From NCBI GenBank assembly GCA_965216755.1, contig CBDCGL010000011.1, forward strand, positions 3,680,001 through 3,744,000: a stretch of 64,000 nt of DNA, written 5' to 3'. Under the pieces are notes generated by a model. The model did not search any database. It was not told where the DNA came from and was given only the letters and a program-made list of their open reading frames with translations. The stretch is from Alphaproteobacteria bacterium (GTDB taxonomy: Bacteria; Pseudomonadota; Alphaproteobacteria; UBA7887). The position numbers and the translations under genes are program-made. Positions 1-9,966 of this stretch are shown piece after piece. Each line of letters begins with the position of its first letter. The first letter of the stretch is position 1.

Positions 1-39
1 GCCCCATCCCATAATGAAATTATCGCCGCATCAATGCGA

Positions 40-378
40 TCAGGCGGCCTCCTCCGCCTTGCCCCTATAGGCTAACGCGCAATGTTCGCGACAATATGGC
101 CGCCCCTGTTGCCGGGGTTCGGCACAGAACCGAAAGCCGGGTTCGCCCGGATGACCAATCGGCCAACGACACATACGTTCGGTCAAATTCAATCCGCTGA
201 TCCGTTCCGCCGCGTCTGAGGTACGCGGCTTGCCCCGATTTGATAGGCCCAACCGATGAGCCTTGCCGATAACGGCGTTGCGGCTGATGTTGCCGAGGCG
301 CTCCCCTATTTTTCGCGCACTCAAGCCCTCAGCCCAAAGGGTCTTCAAGGTATTAATGGCCTCCTCGGTCCATTCCAT
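40..378 (-). CDS. gcrA: GcrA family cell cycle regulator (short form)
   Basis: MEWTEEAINTLKTLWAEGLSARKIG..SRNAVIGKAHRLGL N-terminus and C-terminal CRWPIGHP..FCAEP..YCREHC motif. Start moved to ATG 378, with GGGAAG upstream. Confidence 0.9.
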   Translation of the reverse strand: MEWTEEAINTLKTLWAEGLSARKIGERLGNISRNAVIGKAHRLGLSNRGKPRTSDAAERISGLNLTERMCRWPIGHPGEPGFRFCAEPRQQGRPYCREHCALAYRGKAEEAA

Positions 379-565
379 GATGTGTACTTCCCTGTTATCC
401 CTATTGGCTGCCTGCACAGATTTTGTAGGTGAATTTATCGAAGCCTACAAGATGTGGTCTTTTGGGTCGCGCAACTTCTCACGCGCATCGCTGCTTGACG
501 AGTGAGCCACGACCGTTCGAATATTATCCGGAAAGCTGCCGGGCGAACAACCGCGAGCGACAAAT

Positions 566-1717
566 ATGAGTGTAGCATTGGCTCCCAATCATGATTTGAT
601 TGGCATCAAAGGTGGATTTGGCCGACTCAGCACACCGGCCTTGGTGCTCGACCTCGACGCCATGGAGGCGAATATCCAGGCCATGGCGGCCCATTGCGGG
701 CGCACCGGGCAAGCGCTTCGGCCGCATGCCAAGAGCCACAAGTCGGTCGCGATTGCTCGCCGGCAGATCGAGGCCGGTGCCGTCGGGCAGTGTTGCGCGA
801 CCATCCGCGAGGCCGAAGCCATGGCCGATGCGGCGGTGCCGGGTGTGCTGATCACCTCGCCGCCTACGGGGCCCGCAAAAACTGCCCGGCTCATGGCGCT
901 GCATGCCAAAGCGCCGGACGCGATGGTGGTTGCCGATCATCCGGATACCGTCAGGGCCTTGGCCACAGCGGTGGCCGATCAGGGTGGTGGCCGGATGCTT
1001 CGCGTTTTGGTTGATTTCGATGTCGGCCTGGCGCGTACCGGCGCGGCGGATGCGGCGTCGGCAGCGGCGCTTGCACAAGCTATCGACGCGGCGCCGCAAC
1101 TCAGATTTGCCGGTGTCCAAGCCTATTACGGCCAACTGCAACATGTTGCGCGCTTCGCTGAGCGGACTGATCTGGTCATGGCCCAGGCGGCGCGTGTGCG
1201 TGAACTGGTCGACCGCCTGGCCGACCAGGGTCTGGCACCCGAATTGGTCACCGGCGGCGGAACCGGAACCCATGACATCGATCATCGTGCTGGCGTGTTC
1301 AACGAACTGCAGGCTGGCTCGTACGTGTTTACCGATGTTGACTATAACGCCGTTGACCTGACCGCGGACCAACCGCGTCCGTTTGCCCCGGCGCTGTTCG
1401 TGATGGCGACCGTGGTCAGTGTAAGCCATGATAGCCACGCGGTTATCGATGCCGGTTTGAAAAGCTTTGCCACCGACGGGCCGGCACCGGTGTTTGGCGA
1501 TGGCGCGCCGGCCGGCGCCACGTACAAATTCATGGGTGACGAACATGGTGCCGTGGTCTATGCGGGTGGCGAAAACACGCGCCTCAAAATTGGTGACGCT
1601 GTTCGATGCGTCGTGCCCCATTGTGACCCGACTGTGAACCTGTACGACCACTATCATTGCTATCGAGACGACACTTTGGTCGATATCTGGCCGGTCGACG
1701 GTCGCGGTAATCCCTGA
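566..1717 (+). CDS. DSD1-family PLP-dependent enzyme (D-threonine / 3-hydroxy-D-aspartate aldolase-like)
   Basis: TPALVLDL, RPHAKSHK (Schiff-base Lys), ELQAGSYVF, HCDPTVNLYD motifs. Confidence 0.85.
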   Translation: MSVALAPNHDLIGIKGGFGRLSTPALVLDLDAMEANIQAMAAHCGRTGQALRPHAKSHKSVAIARRQIEAGAVGQCCATIREAEAMADAAVPGVLITSPPTGPAKTARLMALHAKAPDAMVVADHPDTVRALATAVADQGGGRMLRVLVDFDVGLARTGAADAASAAALAQAIDAAPQLRFAGVQAYYGQLQHVARFAERTDLVMAQAARVRELVDRLADQGLAPELVTGGGTGTHDIDHRAGVFNELQAGSYVFTDVDYNAVDLTADQPRPFAPALFVMATVVSVSHDSHAVIDAGLKSFATDGPAPVFGDGAPAGATYKFMGDEHGAVVYAGGENTRLKIGDAVRCVVPHCDPTVNLYDHYHCYRDDTLVDIWPVDGRGNP

Positions 1718-1797
1718 TCTGCTCATGTCGCGCGGCGCGCGGCCGCCAATACCGCTATAGTGCTGGCCGCACCGATTGTGGCAATGAAGAAACAGCT

Positions 1798-4128
1798 ATG
1801 GAAAAGTTTGGTGTTGGCCAACCGCTGACCCGAAAAGAGGACCTGCGTCTGCTCACTGGTCGTGGCCGCTTCATCGAAGACGCCACAGCCACCAACATGG
1901 TGCACGCCCGTTTCGTGCGGGCGCCCCATGCGCATGCACGCATTGCCGGGATCGACGCGGCGGCGGCGCGCGCCTTGCCCGGGGTGGTGGCGATCGTAAC
2001 CGGCGACGATCTGGCCGATCAGGGGCTTGGCACCATGCCATGTGTGTTTCAACCCAAAGGTGTTGATGGTCGCCCGCCGATCGTGCCGAGCTATGGGCTG
2101 TTGGCGGTTGACCGCGTGCGCTTTGTCGGTGATTTGGTGGCGATGGTGATCGCCGACAGCGCGGCGCAGGCCGCCGACGCGGCCGAAGCCGTCGCGGTCG
2201 ACTATGAGGCGCTGGCAGCGGTCACCGATCTGCGCGCCGCCGCGGCGCCCGATGCGGTGTCGGTTTGGCCCGAGGCACCCGGAAATGTCAGCCTAGAGTG
2301 GCAATTGGGCGACGCTGTGGCGACGGCGGCGGCGTTCGAACGCGCCGCGCAGACCGTGACCTTGACCGTGATCAACAACCGGGTCGCTGTCACCGCCATG
2401 GAAACGCGCGGCGCCTTGGCGGCGTATCACGCCGACAGCAATCGTTGGACGCTCATTACGACCACCCAGTTGCCGCACCCGATGCGCGCAGAAATTGCCG
2501 AGGTGCTGGGTGTTGATGCCGACCGCCTGCGCATAGTGGTGAAAGACGTTGGGGGCGGTTTCGGGGCCAAGAACTCGGCCTATCCGGAGCAGGTGTTGGT
2601 GTGTTGGGCGGCGCGCGCTTACGGCCGGCCGGTGCGTTGGATCGAGGAGCGCGCCGAGTCTTTTCTGGCCACGTATCATTGCCGCGACAATGTGACCGAG
2701 GCCAGCCTGGCGCTGGACGAGAACGGCCGCTTTCTGGGCCTCAAGGTCGACACGCTGGCCAATCTTGGCGCGTACATATCGGGCCGCGGCGCACTATCGC
2801 CGATAAACAACGCCGCCGCGCTGATCAACACCTATCGGACGGGCGTTGCCCATGTTCGGGTCCGCGAGCTGTTCACCCATACGGTGCCGACCGATGTCTA
2901 TCGCGGTGCCGGCCGGCCCGAGGCGCTATACGCCATCGAACGGCTGGTCGATGTCGCTGCGCTCACCTTGGGCCTGGATCCGGCCGTGCTACGGCGGCGC
3001 AACATGATTCCACCCGACGCGCTGCCTTATGAGACACCGCTTGGGCTGACTTACGACAGTGGCCTCTACGAGCAGACCATGGATGATGGCCTCGCCGCCG
3101 CCGATCTCACCGGCTTTGCCGATCGCCGCGCGGCGGCCGGCGCCCGTGGGATCTTGCGGGGACTCGGCTTTGCCAATTTTGTCGAACGCTGCGGGGCTGG
3201 GGTCAGCGAGGCGGCCGAACTGCGGATAACGGAGGATGGTCGCGCGCAGGTCCTGATCGGGACCATGTCAAATGGCCAGGGTCATGAAACCGCTTTCGCC
3301 CAGGTGGCCGGCGATTTGCTGGGGCTTGATCCGGCGTTGGTCGACGTCATTGAGGGTGATACCGATCGGGTGCGTGATGGCAAGGGTACCGGCGGATCGC
3401 GTTCAATCCCGCTTGGCGGCGCGGCCATTAAGCTGACCAGCGAGATATTGATCGACAAGGCGCGCACCATCGCCGGCCACCATTTGGAGGCGGCGGTGGC
3501 TGACATCGAATTCGTCGGCGGGCGATTCGCTGTCGCGGGGACCGATCGCGTGCTGACATGGGCCGAGCTGGCGCGCATTGCCGGTGATCCGGCGGTGCTC
3601 CCCGATGGCATGGCGCCGGGTTTGGAGGCCCATGCCACGTTCAATCCGCCCAACCATACGTTCCCCAACGGCTGCCATGTCTGTGAGGTCGAGATCGATC
3701 CCGACACCGGCGCATTGACGGTGGCCCGCTACACTGTTGTCCATGATTTCGGGCGGATCCTGAATCCGCTTTTGCTCACTGGTCAGGTTCATGGCGGCGT
3801 CGCCCAGGGATTGGGCCAGGCCATGTTCGAACAGATCGCTTATGACCCGGGGTCCGGTCAGCTTCTATCGGGTTCGTTTATGGATTATCCAATCCCACGC
3901 GCCAGCCAGGTCCCCATGTTTGACGTCACCAATCCGCAGACGCCGTGTCCGTCGAACCCGATGGGGTTCAAGGGCTGTGGCGAGGCCGGTGCAGCCGGCG
4001 CGCCGCCAGCCTTGGTCAACGCGGCGATCAACGCCTTGTCGCCGTTAGGTATCCGTCACATCGATATGCCGCTCACCCCGGAACGGGTTTGGCGGGCCAT
4101 TCAGCAGGCGAAGGAAACACAGCTATGA
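1798..4128 (+). CDS. Xanthine dehydrogenase family molybdopterin-binding subunit (CoxL/CutL-like)
   Basis: RKEDLRLLTGRG, VGGGFGAK, YRGAGRPEA, GQGHET, GQVHGGVAQGLG, KGCGEAG motifs. Confidence 0.9.
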   Translation: MEKFGVGQPLTRKEDLRLLTGRGRFIEDATATNMVHARFVRAPHAHARIAGIDAAAARALPGVVAIVTGDDLADQGLGTMPCVFQPKGVDGRPPIVPSYGLLAVDRVRFVGDLVAMVIADSAAQAADAAEAVAVDYEALAAVTDLRAAAAPDAVSVWPEAPGNVSLEWQLGDAVATAAAFERAAQTVTLTVINNRVAVTAMETRGALAAYHADSNRWTLITTTQLPHPMRAEIAEVLGVDADRLRIVVKDVGGGFGAKNSAYPEQVLVCWAARAYGRPVRWIEERAESFLATYHCRDNVTEASLALDENGRFLGLKVDTLANLGAYISGRGALSPINNAAALINTYRTGVAHVRVRELFTHTVPTDVYRGAGRPEALYAIERLVDVAALTLGLDPAVLRRRNMIPPDALPYETPLGLTYDSGLYEQTMDDGLAAADLTGFADRRAAAGARGILRGLGFANFVERCGAGVSEAAELRITEDGRAQVLIGTMSNGQGHETAFAQVAGDLLGLDPALVDVIEGDTDRVRDGKGTGGSRSIPLGGAAIKLTSEILIDKARTIAGHHLEAAVADIEFVGGRFAVAGTDRVLTWAELARIAGDPAVLPDGMAPGLEAHATFNPPNHTFPNGCHVCEVEIDPDTGALTVARYTVVHDFGRILNPLLLTGQVHGGVAQGLGQAMFEQIAYDPGSGQLLSGSFMDYPIPRASQVPMFDVTNPQTPCPSNPMGFKGCGEAGAAGAPPALVNAAINALSPLGIRHIDMPLTPERVWRAIQQAKETQL

Positions 4129-4838
4129 TCCCATCCGCGGTCAAGGCGCTTACGTTCGACGTGTTTGGCACGGTCGTTGATTGGCGCAGTTCGATCATTC
4201 GCGAAGGGGCGGCGTTCAATGAACGTCACAACACCGGGGTGGATTGGACCGCCTTTGCCGATGCCTGGCGCGGCATGTACCAGCCGGCCATGGAAGAAGT
4301 GCGCGCCGGTCGCGCGCCATGGGCCAATCTGGATCACTTGCACCGCCAAAGCCTGGACCAGCTTTTGCCGCAATTCGATCTGGACCATCTGGATGAAGTG
4401 TCGCGCGATCAACTTAATCGCGTCTGGCATCGGCTGGATCCGTGGCCGGATTCGGTCGCCGGGCTGTCCCGCCTGAAGCGCGATTTCGTGTTGGCGACAT
4501 TGTCCAACGGCAATGTCGCGCTGCTGGTCAATATGGCAAAACGGGCCGGCTTGCCTTGGGACGCGGTGCTGGGCGCCGAAGTGGCCGGCCACTATAAGCC
4601 GCAACCGGAGGCGTATCTCAAAACGGCCGCGTTCCTCGGATTGCCACCGACGAACGTGATGCTGGTCGCCGCTCACAATGGTGACTTGGCGGCGGCTGCC
4701 GCATTGGGTTTTCGCACCGGCTTCATTTATCGTCCGACCGAATATGGGCCCGATCAAACAACCGATCTGGCGCCGACCGGCGATTGGGACGTGGTTGCCG
4801 ACGATCTTGTCGATCTTGCGGAAAAGCTTGGTTGCTAA
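4125..4838 (+). CDS. Haloacid dehalogenase type II (HAD superfamily)
   Basis: FDVFGTVVDWR, LSNGN, YKPQPEAY, VAAHNGDL. ATG 4125 overlaps the upstream stop (ATGA), with an AAGGA RBS. Confidence 0.88.
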   Translation: MIPSAVKALTFDVFGTVVDWRSSIIREGAAFNERHNTGVDWTAFADAWRGMYQPAMEEVRAGRAPWANLDHLHRQSLDQLLPQFDLDHLDEVSRDQLNRVWHRLDPWPDSVAGLSRLKRDFVLATLSNGNVALLVNMAKRAGLPWDAVLGAEVAGHYKPQPEAYLKTAAFLGLPPTNVMLVAAHNGDLAAAAALGFRTGFIYRPTEYGPDQTTDLAPTGDWDVVADDLVDLAEKLGC

Positions 4839-4841
4839 GCG

Positions 4842-5735
4842 ATGACGATTCCGTTCCGGCGCGATCTGGCCTTTGCATATGGCGCGGTTGCCCAGGTCAC
4901 ACCCTTGATACGGCGGGTGGTGGCGCGCAACCCAAGCCCGTTCACTTTTCATGGCACGGGCACCTATATCGTTGGCCGAGGCGATGTCGCGATCATCGAT
5001 CCGGGCCCGGATAACGACGCCCATACCGCGGCATTATTGGATGCGGTGGCAGGCGAAACCGTGACCCACATCTTGGTCACCCACACCCATATCGACCATT
5101 CACCGGCGACGGCGGCAATCAAGGTCGCGACCGGCGCGCCGTCCTATGGGTTCGGCCCACACGGCACCGGCCCGGGGGGGCCGGACGTGGAAGAGGGCGC
5201 CGATTTCGGCTTTGTCCCGGATCACACATTGGCGCATGGCGATATGGTCACGAGCCGAGACTGGTCGATTGAGGCGGTCCATACACCGGGCCACACGTCG
5301 AACCATCTCTGTTTCGCGCTGGCCGAGGAGAACACGTTGTTTTCCGGCGATCATGTCATGGGATGGTCGACCACGGTGGTGTCGCCGCCCGATGGCGACA
5401 TGGCGGCCTATATGGCATCGCTGCGCCTGTTGCGCGGCCGTGGCGATACGCTCTATGTCCCGACCCATGGCCCGACAATCCCCGACCCGGGGCCCTTTGT
5501 CGATGCGTTGATCCATCACCGACAGGAGCGCGAAAGCCAAATTCTGCGGTGCCTGGCGGACGGCATCGAGACGATCCCGGACATGGTTGAACGGCTTTAC
5601 GCCGATGTGGATCGCCGCCTCCACGGAGCCGCCGGGTGCTCGGTTTTGGCCCATCTGATCCATTTGGTCGAGACCGGCCGCGTGCAATGCGACGGTATTG
5701 CCGGGTCAAGCTCTGCCTATCGTCTGTTGCCCTGA
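4842..5735 (+). CDS. MBL-fold metallo-hydrolase (LACTB2-like, C-terminal winged helix)
   Basis: THTHIDHS, TPGHTSNH, SGDHVMGWST, PTHG motifs. Confidence 0.9.
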   Translation: MTIPFRRDLAFAYGAVAQVTPLIRRVVARNPSPFTFHGTGTYIVGRGDVAIIDPGPDNDAHTAALLDAVAGETVTHILVTHTHIDHSPATAAIKVATGAPSYGFGPHGTGPGGPDVEEGADFGFVPDHTLAHGDMVTSRDWSIEAVHTPGHTSNHLCFALAEENTLFSGDHVMGWSTTVVSPPDGDMAAYMASLRLLRGRGDTLYVPTHGPTIPDPGPFVDALIHHRQERESQILRCLADGIETIPDMVERLYADVDRRLHGAAGCSVLAHLIHLVETGRVQCDGIAGSSSAYRLLP

Positions 5736-5754
5736 TTTGCCGGGTCGTTAGCGA

Positions 5755-6453
5755 CTAATCTTGTTCAAATGAGTCGCGGCCGCGCACCCTGTGGTAAAGC
5801 GGCACGTGGCGGCGCGTTCGCCCGACATCGTCCAACTTGACCAGGCCGGCGACCTCGGCCAGGACCTGAATGGTGATCTTGGGCAGCGGCAGTTGCAGGG
5901 CGTCATCGACGGGCACCCAATGAATGTGCTGCAGCTCGCCGTCACTACGGATCTCGCCGCGCAGGAGATCGGCATCGGCCATGAAGAACCGCGCATTAAA
6001 GCGCCGTGGCCGCTGGGGCGGCGTGATGGCGCGAAATATGTAGTCGAGTGCGTCCAGCGCCGGCGCCAAACCATGTGCCGCGAAGGCCGGCCAAGGGGCG
6101 GTTTGTCGCGCCAGCCCCTCCGTCGCGGCGGGTTTGCCGAGCAACAGGCCGGTTTCCTCGAACGTCTCGCGGATCGCGGCGATGGCCAAGGCTCGCGCCC
6201 GCGGCGCCGTCGCCGACCGCCGCAAACACAAAGCCACATCGTCGCGCAGTTCGGTCGCGGCCGGGACCCGATGGTCATTGGGGTCGACGCGGCCGCCGGG
6301 AAACACATAGCGGTTGGGCATAAAGACATGACCGCTGTGGCGTTGCCCCAGCAATACCGAGGGGGTCGCGCCGTCACGTTTCACCAGAACCAGTGTCGCG
6401 GCGTCTTTGGGTCGTAGGGTTGCGCGATCCTGACGCGGCAATGAGGCATCCAT
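5755..6453 (-). CDS. NUDIX hydrolase
   Basis: VFPGGRVD..AAIRETFEETG split Nudix box; RRFNARFF. Confidence 0.88.
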   Translation of the reverse strand: MDASLPRQDRATLRPKDAATLVLVKRDGATPSVLLGQRHSGHVFMPNRYVFPGGRVDPNDHRVPAATELRDDVALCLRRSATAPRARALAIAAIRETFEETGLLLGKPAATEGLARQTAPWPAFAAHGLAPALDALDYIFRAITPPQRPRRFNARFFMADADLLRGEIRSDGELQHIHWVPVDDALQLPLPKITIQVLAEVAGLVKLDDVGRTRRHVPLYHRVRGRDSFEQD

Positions 6454-6575
6454 GGCGGCAGTCTAGATGAGGTGCCCCCGGTTCGGATAGCCCGCTTGCA
6501 ATTATCGCAGCTGTTCCTTTTTTTCCGCCATGGTTTGATGCCGCCGCACGCAATTCTCGCGCGAAGGGCAGTTCG

Positions 6576-7394
6576 ATGGCGACAATCAACACCGATCATG
6601 GCCGCATATGGTTCGAGAGTTTCGATATGACCGCACCATGGATCGACAATCCGGAAACGGTGGTTTTTCATCATGGCGTCGGCATCGACCATGGGATCTG
6701 GAGCCGCTGGTTGCCGCTCTTGGCGGATCGCTACCGGTTGGTGTGGTTCGACATGCTGGGGTTCGGTGCGTCGGAAATTCCGCCCGATAATTACGAATGG
6801 TCGATGGCGGCCCTGGCCGATTGCGCCCTGGCCGTGGCCGATGCCGTCGAGGCGCCACGCTTTCACTATGTCGGCGAGTCGCTGGGCGGCGCGCTTGGCT
6901 TTTATTTGGCCCTACACTATGCGGGGCGATTGTTCTCGATCACGCCCTGCGCGGCGCCGGCCCACGGTGCGGCGGTCGACTGGCTCCAGGAATGGCGCCA
7001 GTTCATTGCCGATAATGGCATGGCCGCCTGGTCGAAACGGATGATGGAGCGCCGCTTTCCGCCCGGTGTAATCAGTGCCGATTTGTGGGCATGGTTTGAT
7101 GGCGTGCAGGCGGCATGCGCGCCCGAGTCGATCCTGGGTAGCGGTGAAATGCTGATCGGTGTCGACCTGCGCGCACAACTGCCGAATATTCGCACCCCGA
7201 CATTGCTCATTACCGCCGATCGAAGCCCGTTTGTGACCGTCCCGATGTCGCTCGCGAACCGGGACTTGATACCGGATTCCGACCTGACCATCATGGCTGG
7301 TTCGCGCCACGGCGCGGTGTTTTCCCATGGGCCGGCCTGCGCGCGCGCGTTTCGCGCTTTCCTCGATCGCCGCGGCCCATTTGCGTTGGATTAG
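6576..7394 (+). CDS. Alpha/beta fold hydrolase
   Basis: FHHGVG, DMLGFGAS, GESLGG nucleophile elbow, C-terminal His (SRHG). Confidence 0.85.
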   Translation: MATINTDHGRIWFESFDMTAPWIDNPETVVFHHGVGIDHGIWSRWLPLLADRYRLVWFDMLGFGASEIPPDNYEWSMAALADCALAVADAVEAPRFHYVGESLGGALGFYLALHYAGRLFSITPCAAPAHGAAVDWLQEWRQFIADNGMAAWSKRMMERRFPPGVISADLWAWFDGVQAACAPESILGSGEMLIGVDLRAQLPNIRTPTLLITADRSPFVTVPMSLANRDLIPDSDLTIMAGSRHGAVFSHGPACARAFRAFLDRRGPFALD

Positions 7395-7415
7395 GGGCGA
7401 TTGGGCATCTCTCTA

Positions 7416-7505
7416 TTTTGGTGACAGTTTACTAAATACACCATATGTTGGCGATGCTCATAGAGAAGCACCGTATGTGGTGTATTTAGTAAACTGTCAC
7501 CAAAA
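7416..7505. repeat. REPIN-like inverted repeat element, copy 1 (28-bp perfect arms, 34-nt spacer)
   Basis: TTTTGGTGACAGTTTACTAAATACACCA (7416-7443) is the exact reverse complement of 7478-7505. It is followed by GTCCAAAA GTCACCAAAA stutters, and the same core recurs at 16.1 kb. Confidence 0.85.
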
Positions 7506-7530
7506 GTCCAAAAGTCACCAAAAAATGTGA

Positions 7531-7860
7531 CTAGGCCGGCACCGCTACCCGTGCCTTGATATCGTCGACATAGCGGCCGATGGCGTCGGCGCGCGCGCCC
7601 CAGGCGGGTTGCCCCATGGTTTGCATATCCATGCCCGCATCCAGGGCTTTTGCGCACGTGGCCATGGCGTCCTTATGGGCCGGATTGCTGTCAACGGCGC
7701 TGCGCAAGGCGTTCACGTGCGGCGACAAGCGTTGCCACGCTTCCGCCATAAGTTGCTCTCGCTGTGCGCCGCCGCGGGACAGCTTCATACGAAACCGGTG
7801 CAGTTCGTTGCCGACAATCGTGGCGTGACGACGGATTTCATGCTGAGAGATCGAGCTCAT
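7531..7860 (-). CDS. Hypothetical protein (109 aa, predicted helical)
   Basis: Open frame MSSISQHEIRRH...VAVPA from ATG 7860, with GC3-rich codons and an upstream purine tract. No family recognised. Confidence 0.6.
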   Translation of the reverse strand: MSSISQHEIRRHATIVGNELHRFRMKLSRGGAQREQLMAEAWQRLSPHVNALRSAVDSNPAHKDAMATCAKALDAGMDMQTMGQPAWGARADAIGRYVDDIKARVAVPA

Positions 7861-7988
7861 GGGTTCCCGGTGCCTGCGAGTTGGAATGGGCCGAGCCGGT
7901 CGGCGGTCATCAAGGGAAATAAGCTCAAAAGCCGATCTGTAAAGACGTGTGGGCGGTGGCACATGCGACTCCGCCCGCACGGGGCCCG

Positions 7989-8804
7989 TCAATAGATCTT
8001 GCCAAAATCGCCATGGCGGCCGAGCCCATCCTTGAAACGGGTCGCACCGGCAATTCCTTCGGCTACCAGTGCCGGGCGGCCATTGTACCATTCCTGAATC
8101 AACGCATCGCGCATGTCCAAGCCATGGCTGCGGATCGCCGAGCGCCGGTCGGCGCGCGCGCAGACTTGTGGAAACCGGGCAATCTGATGGGCGATCTCTT
8201 CAGCGGCCTCACGGGCCGTGCCGTTCGCCACCACATATTCGCACAAGCCGATTCGCAAGCATTCTTCCGCCGGCACCTTGCGGCCGGTCAAAATGATTTC
8301 CAGCGCGCGCCCTTGGCCGACCAGCCGGGGCAGGCGCACCGTGCCGCCATCGACCAGTGGGACGCCCCAACGGCGACAGTAGACGCCGAGATAGGCATCT
8401 TCCTGCATCACGCGAAAGTCGCACCAGAGAGCCAATTCCATGCCGCCGGCGACCGCCGGGCCGGCAATCGCGGCGATGACCGGTTTGTCGAGCTCGAGGC
8501 GCGACGGCCCCATCGGCCCGCGCGGGATGTCGCCGCCATTGCCGCGCGCCTGCGCCGGTGGGATATCGAGGTGGTCCAGCGGGCCGTCTTGATCGAGACT
8601 GCTGGCATATTTCAGATCGAAGCCGGCGCAAAAGGCGCCACCGGCGCCGTAAAAGACCGCAACCGCGGCGTCGGGATCTGCATCGAAGGCCAAGAATGCA
8701 TCGGTCAGGGCGTCCGCGCTGGCCGGATCCATCGCGTTGCGCGCCTCTGGCCGATCGTGAACCACGGTCCAGACTTTGTCATGTTTGTCGATCGTCACTG
8801 TCAT
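7989..8804 (-). CDS. Crotonase / enoyl-CoA hydratase family protein
   Basis: FCAGFDLK, KPVIAAIAGPAVAGGMELALWCD, RRWGVPLVDGG. Start at ATG 8804 after a GGAG RBS. Confidence 0.9.
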   Translation of the reverse strand: MTVTIDKHDKVWTVVHDRPEARNAMDPASADALTDAFLAFDADPDAAVAVFYGAGGAFCAGFDLKYASSLDQDGPLDHLDIPPAQARGNGGDIPRGPMGPSRLELDKPVIAAIAGPAVAGGMELALWCDFRVMQEDAYLGVYCRRWGVPLVDGGTVRLPRLVGQGRALEIILTGRKVPAEECLRIGLCEYVVANGTAREAAEEIAHQIARFPQVCARADRRSAIRSHGLDMRDALIQEWYNGRPALVAEGIAGATRFKDGLGRHGDFGKIY

Positions 8805-8959
8805 CTTGGGGCTCCTGGTGAGCGGCCACAGAACCGTTTGCGCGCCATGCGCACGGGTCATGGCCTTGATCAAGTTGGGCGGGTCGGGAAAGATAACGCA
8901 TGCCGGTCGCGCGCCTTGCACAAAGCGGCGCCCAACATCATCGAAAGGAGCCGCCTGCC

Positions 8960-9955
8960 ATGCGACACACGGTCTTTGCTTTGGCTGCATTGCTGGTCTT
9001 GACCGCCGCGTCGATCGCGCGGTCCGCGGATGCCGACGAGTTCGCCATCGAGGCACCGCCACAAACTGTCGCCGCCGGCTCTATCGGTGGCTCTTGGTTT
9101 ATTATTACGACGTCGTTTTTCGAGTTGTTCGCCAACCACATCGAGAATCTGCAATACACCATCGTGCCCGGCGGCGCGATCTCCAACCCGATCGCGGTCG
9201 ACCAAGGCATGGCGACCCTGGCCATGGGTTACACATCGATGCTGAAGGCCGCGCAAGACGGTGTGCATCCGTTTCAGAGCGCCATGCCGGATTTGCGCGG
9301 CATCGCCAATATCAATGCCGCGGGCGTCGTGCACGCGTTCGTTTTGGCCGACTCGGGGATCGAGGCGTGGGAAGACTTGGCGGCCAAATCCTATCCGCTC
9401 AAGGTCGATACTGGTCCCCGTGGCACCGGCGGCGAGCTGGCCGCGAGTCGGGCCCTGACGCTGGTTGGCGCCGGCTACGACGCATTGCGCGATTGGGGCG
9501 GATCCATCACCCATTCGTCGTATCGTGAGGCGACCGACCGCATGAAGGACGGTCACATCGAAGCGTTTATCAATGACGACATCATTGGCAATCCCACATT
9601 TGTCGATCTGGCCTTGGCGCGCGACGTCGTGTTGTTGCCAATGCAACAGACTATGATCGACGAGATGGTGGCGACACACGGTTACGTGCCCGCCGTCATC
9701 CCGGCCAACACCTATGAAGGTCAAACGGTGGACATACCGTCGACGGCGCAGCATTTCGTTTTCATGGGCCACAAGGACACACCGGACGATCTGGTCTATG
9801 CGATGACCAAACTAATTTTTGAGAACAAGGACCATCTGGTCGCCACGCATCAGATCTTCGCCGCGCTCGACGTTGCGGTCGGACCCCGGCATTTTCCGAT
9901 CCCGTTGCATCCGGGGGCGGCGCGCTACTACCGCGAGGTCGGCGTGCTCGACTAG
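8960..9955 (+). CDS. TAXI-family TRAP transporter solute-binding protein
   Basis: Signal peptide, AAGSIGGSW, DDLVYAMTK, PIPLHPGAARYY; GAAAGGAG RBS. Confidence 0.9.
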   Translation: MRHTVFALAALLVLTAASIARSADADEFAIEAPPQTVAAGSIGGSWFIITTSFFELFANHIENLQYTIVPGGAISNPIAVDQGMATLAMGYTSMLKAAQDGVHPFQSAMPDLRGIANINAAGVVHAFVLADSGIEAWEDLAAKSYPLKVDTGPRGTGGELAASRALTLVGAGYDALRDWGGSITHSSYREATDRMKDGHIEAFINDDIIGNPTFVDLALARDVVLLPMQQTMIDEMVATHGYVPAVIPANTYEGQTVDIPSTAQHFVFMGHKDTPDDLVYAMTKLIFENKDHLVATHQIFAALDVAVGPRHFPIPLHPGAARYYREVGVLD

Positions 9956-9966
9956 GGCGCGGACCC

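Noticed and set aside
1798-4128. Aerobic CO dehydrogenase form I
   Set aside because: Lacks the AYxCSFR loop, and coxMS and accessory genes are absent.
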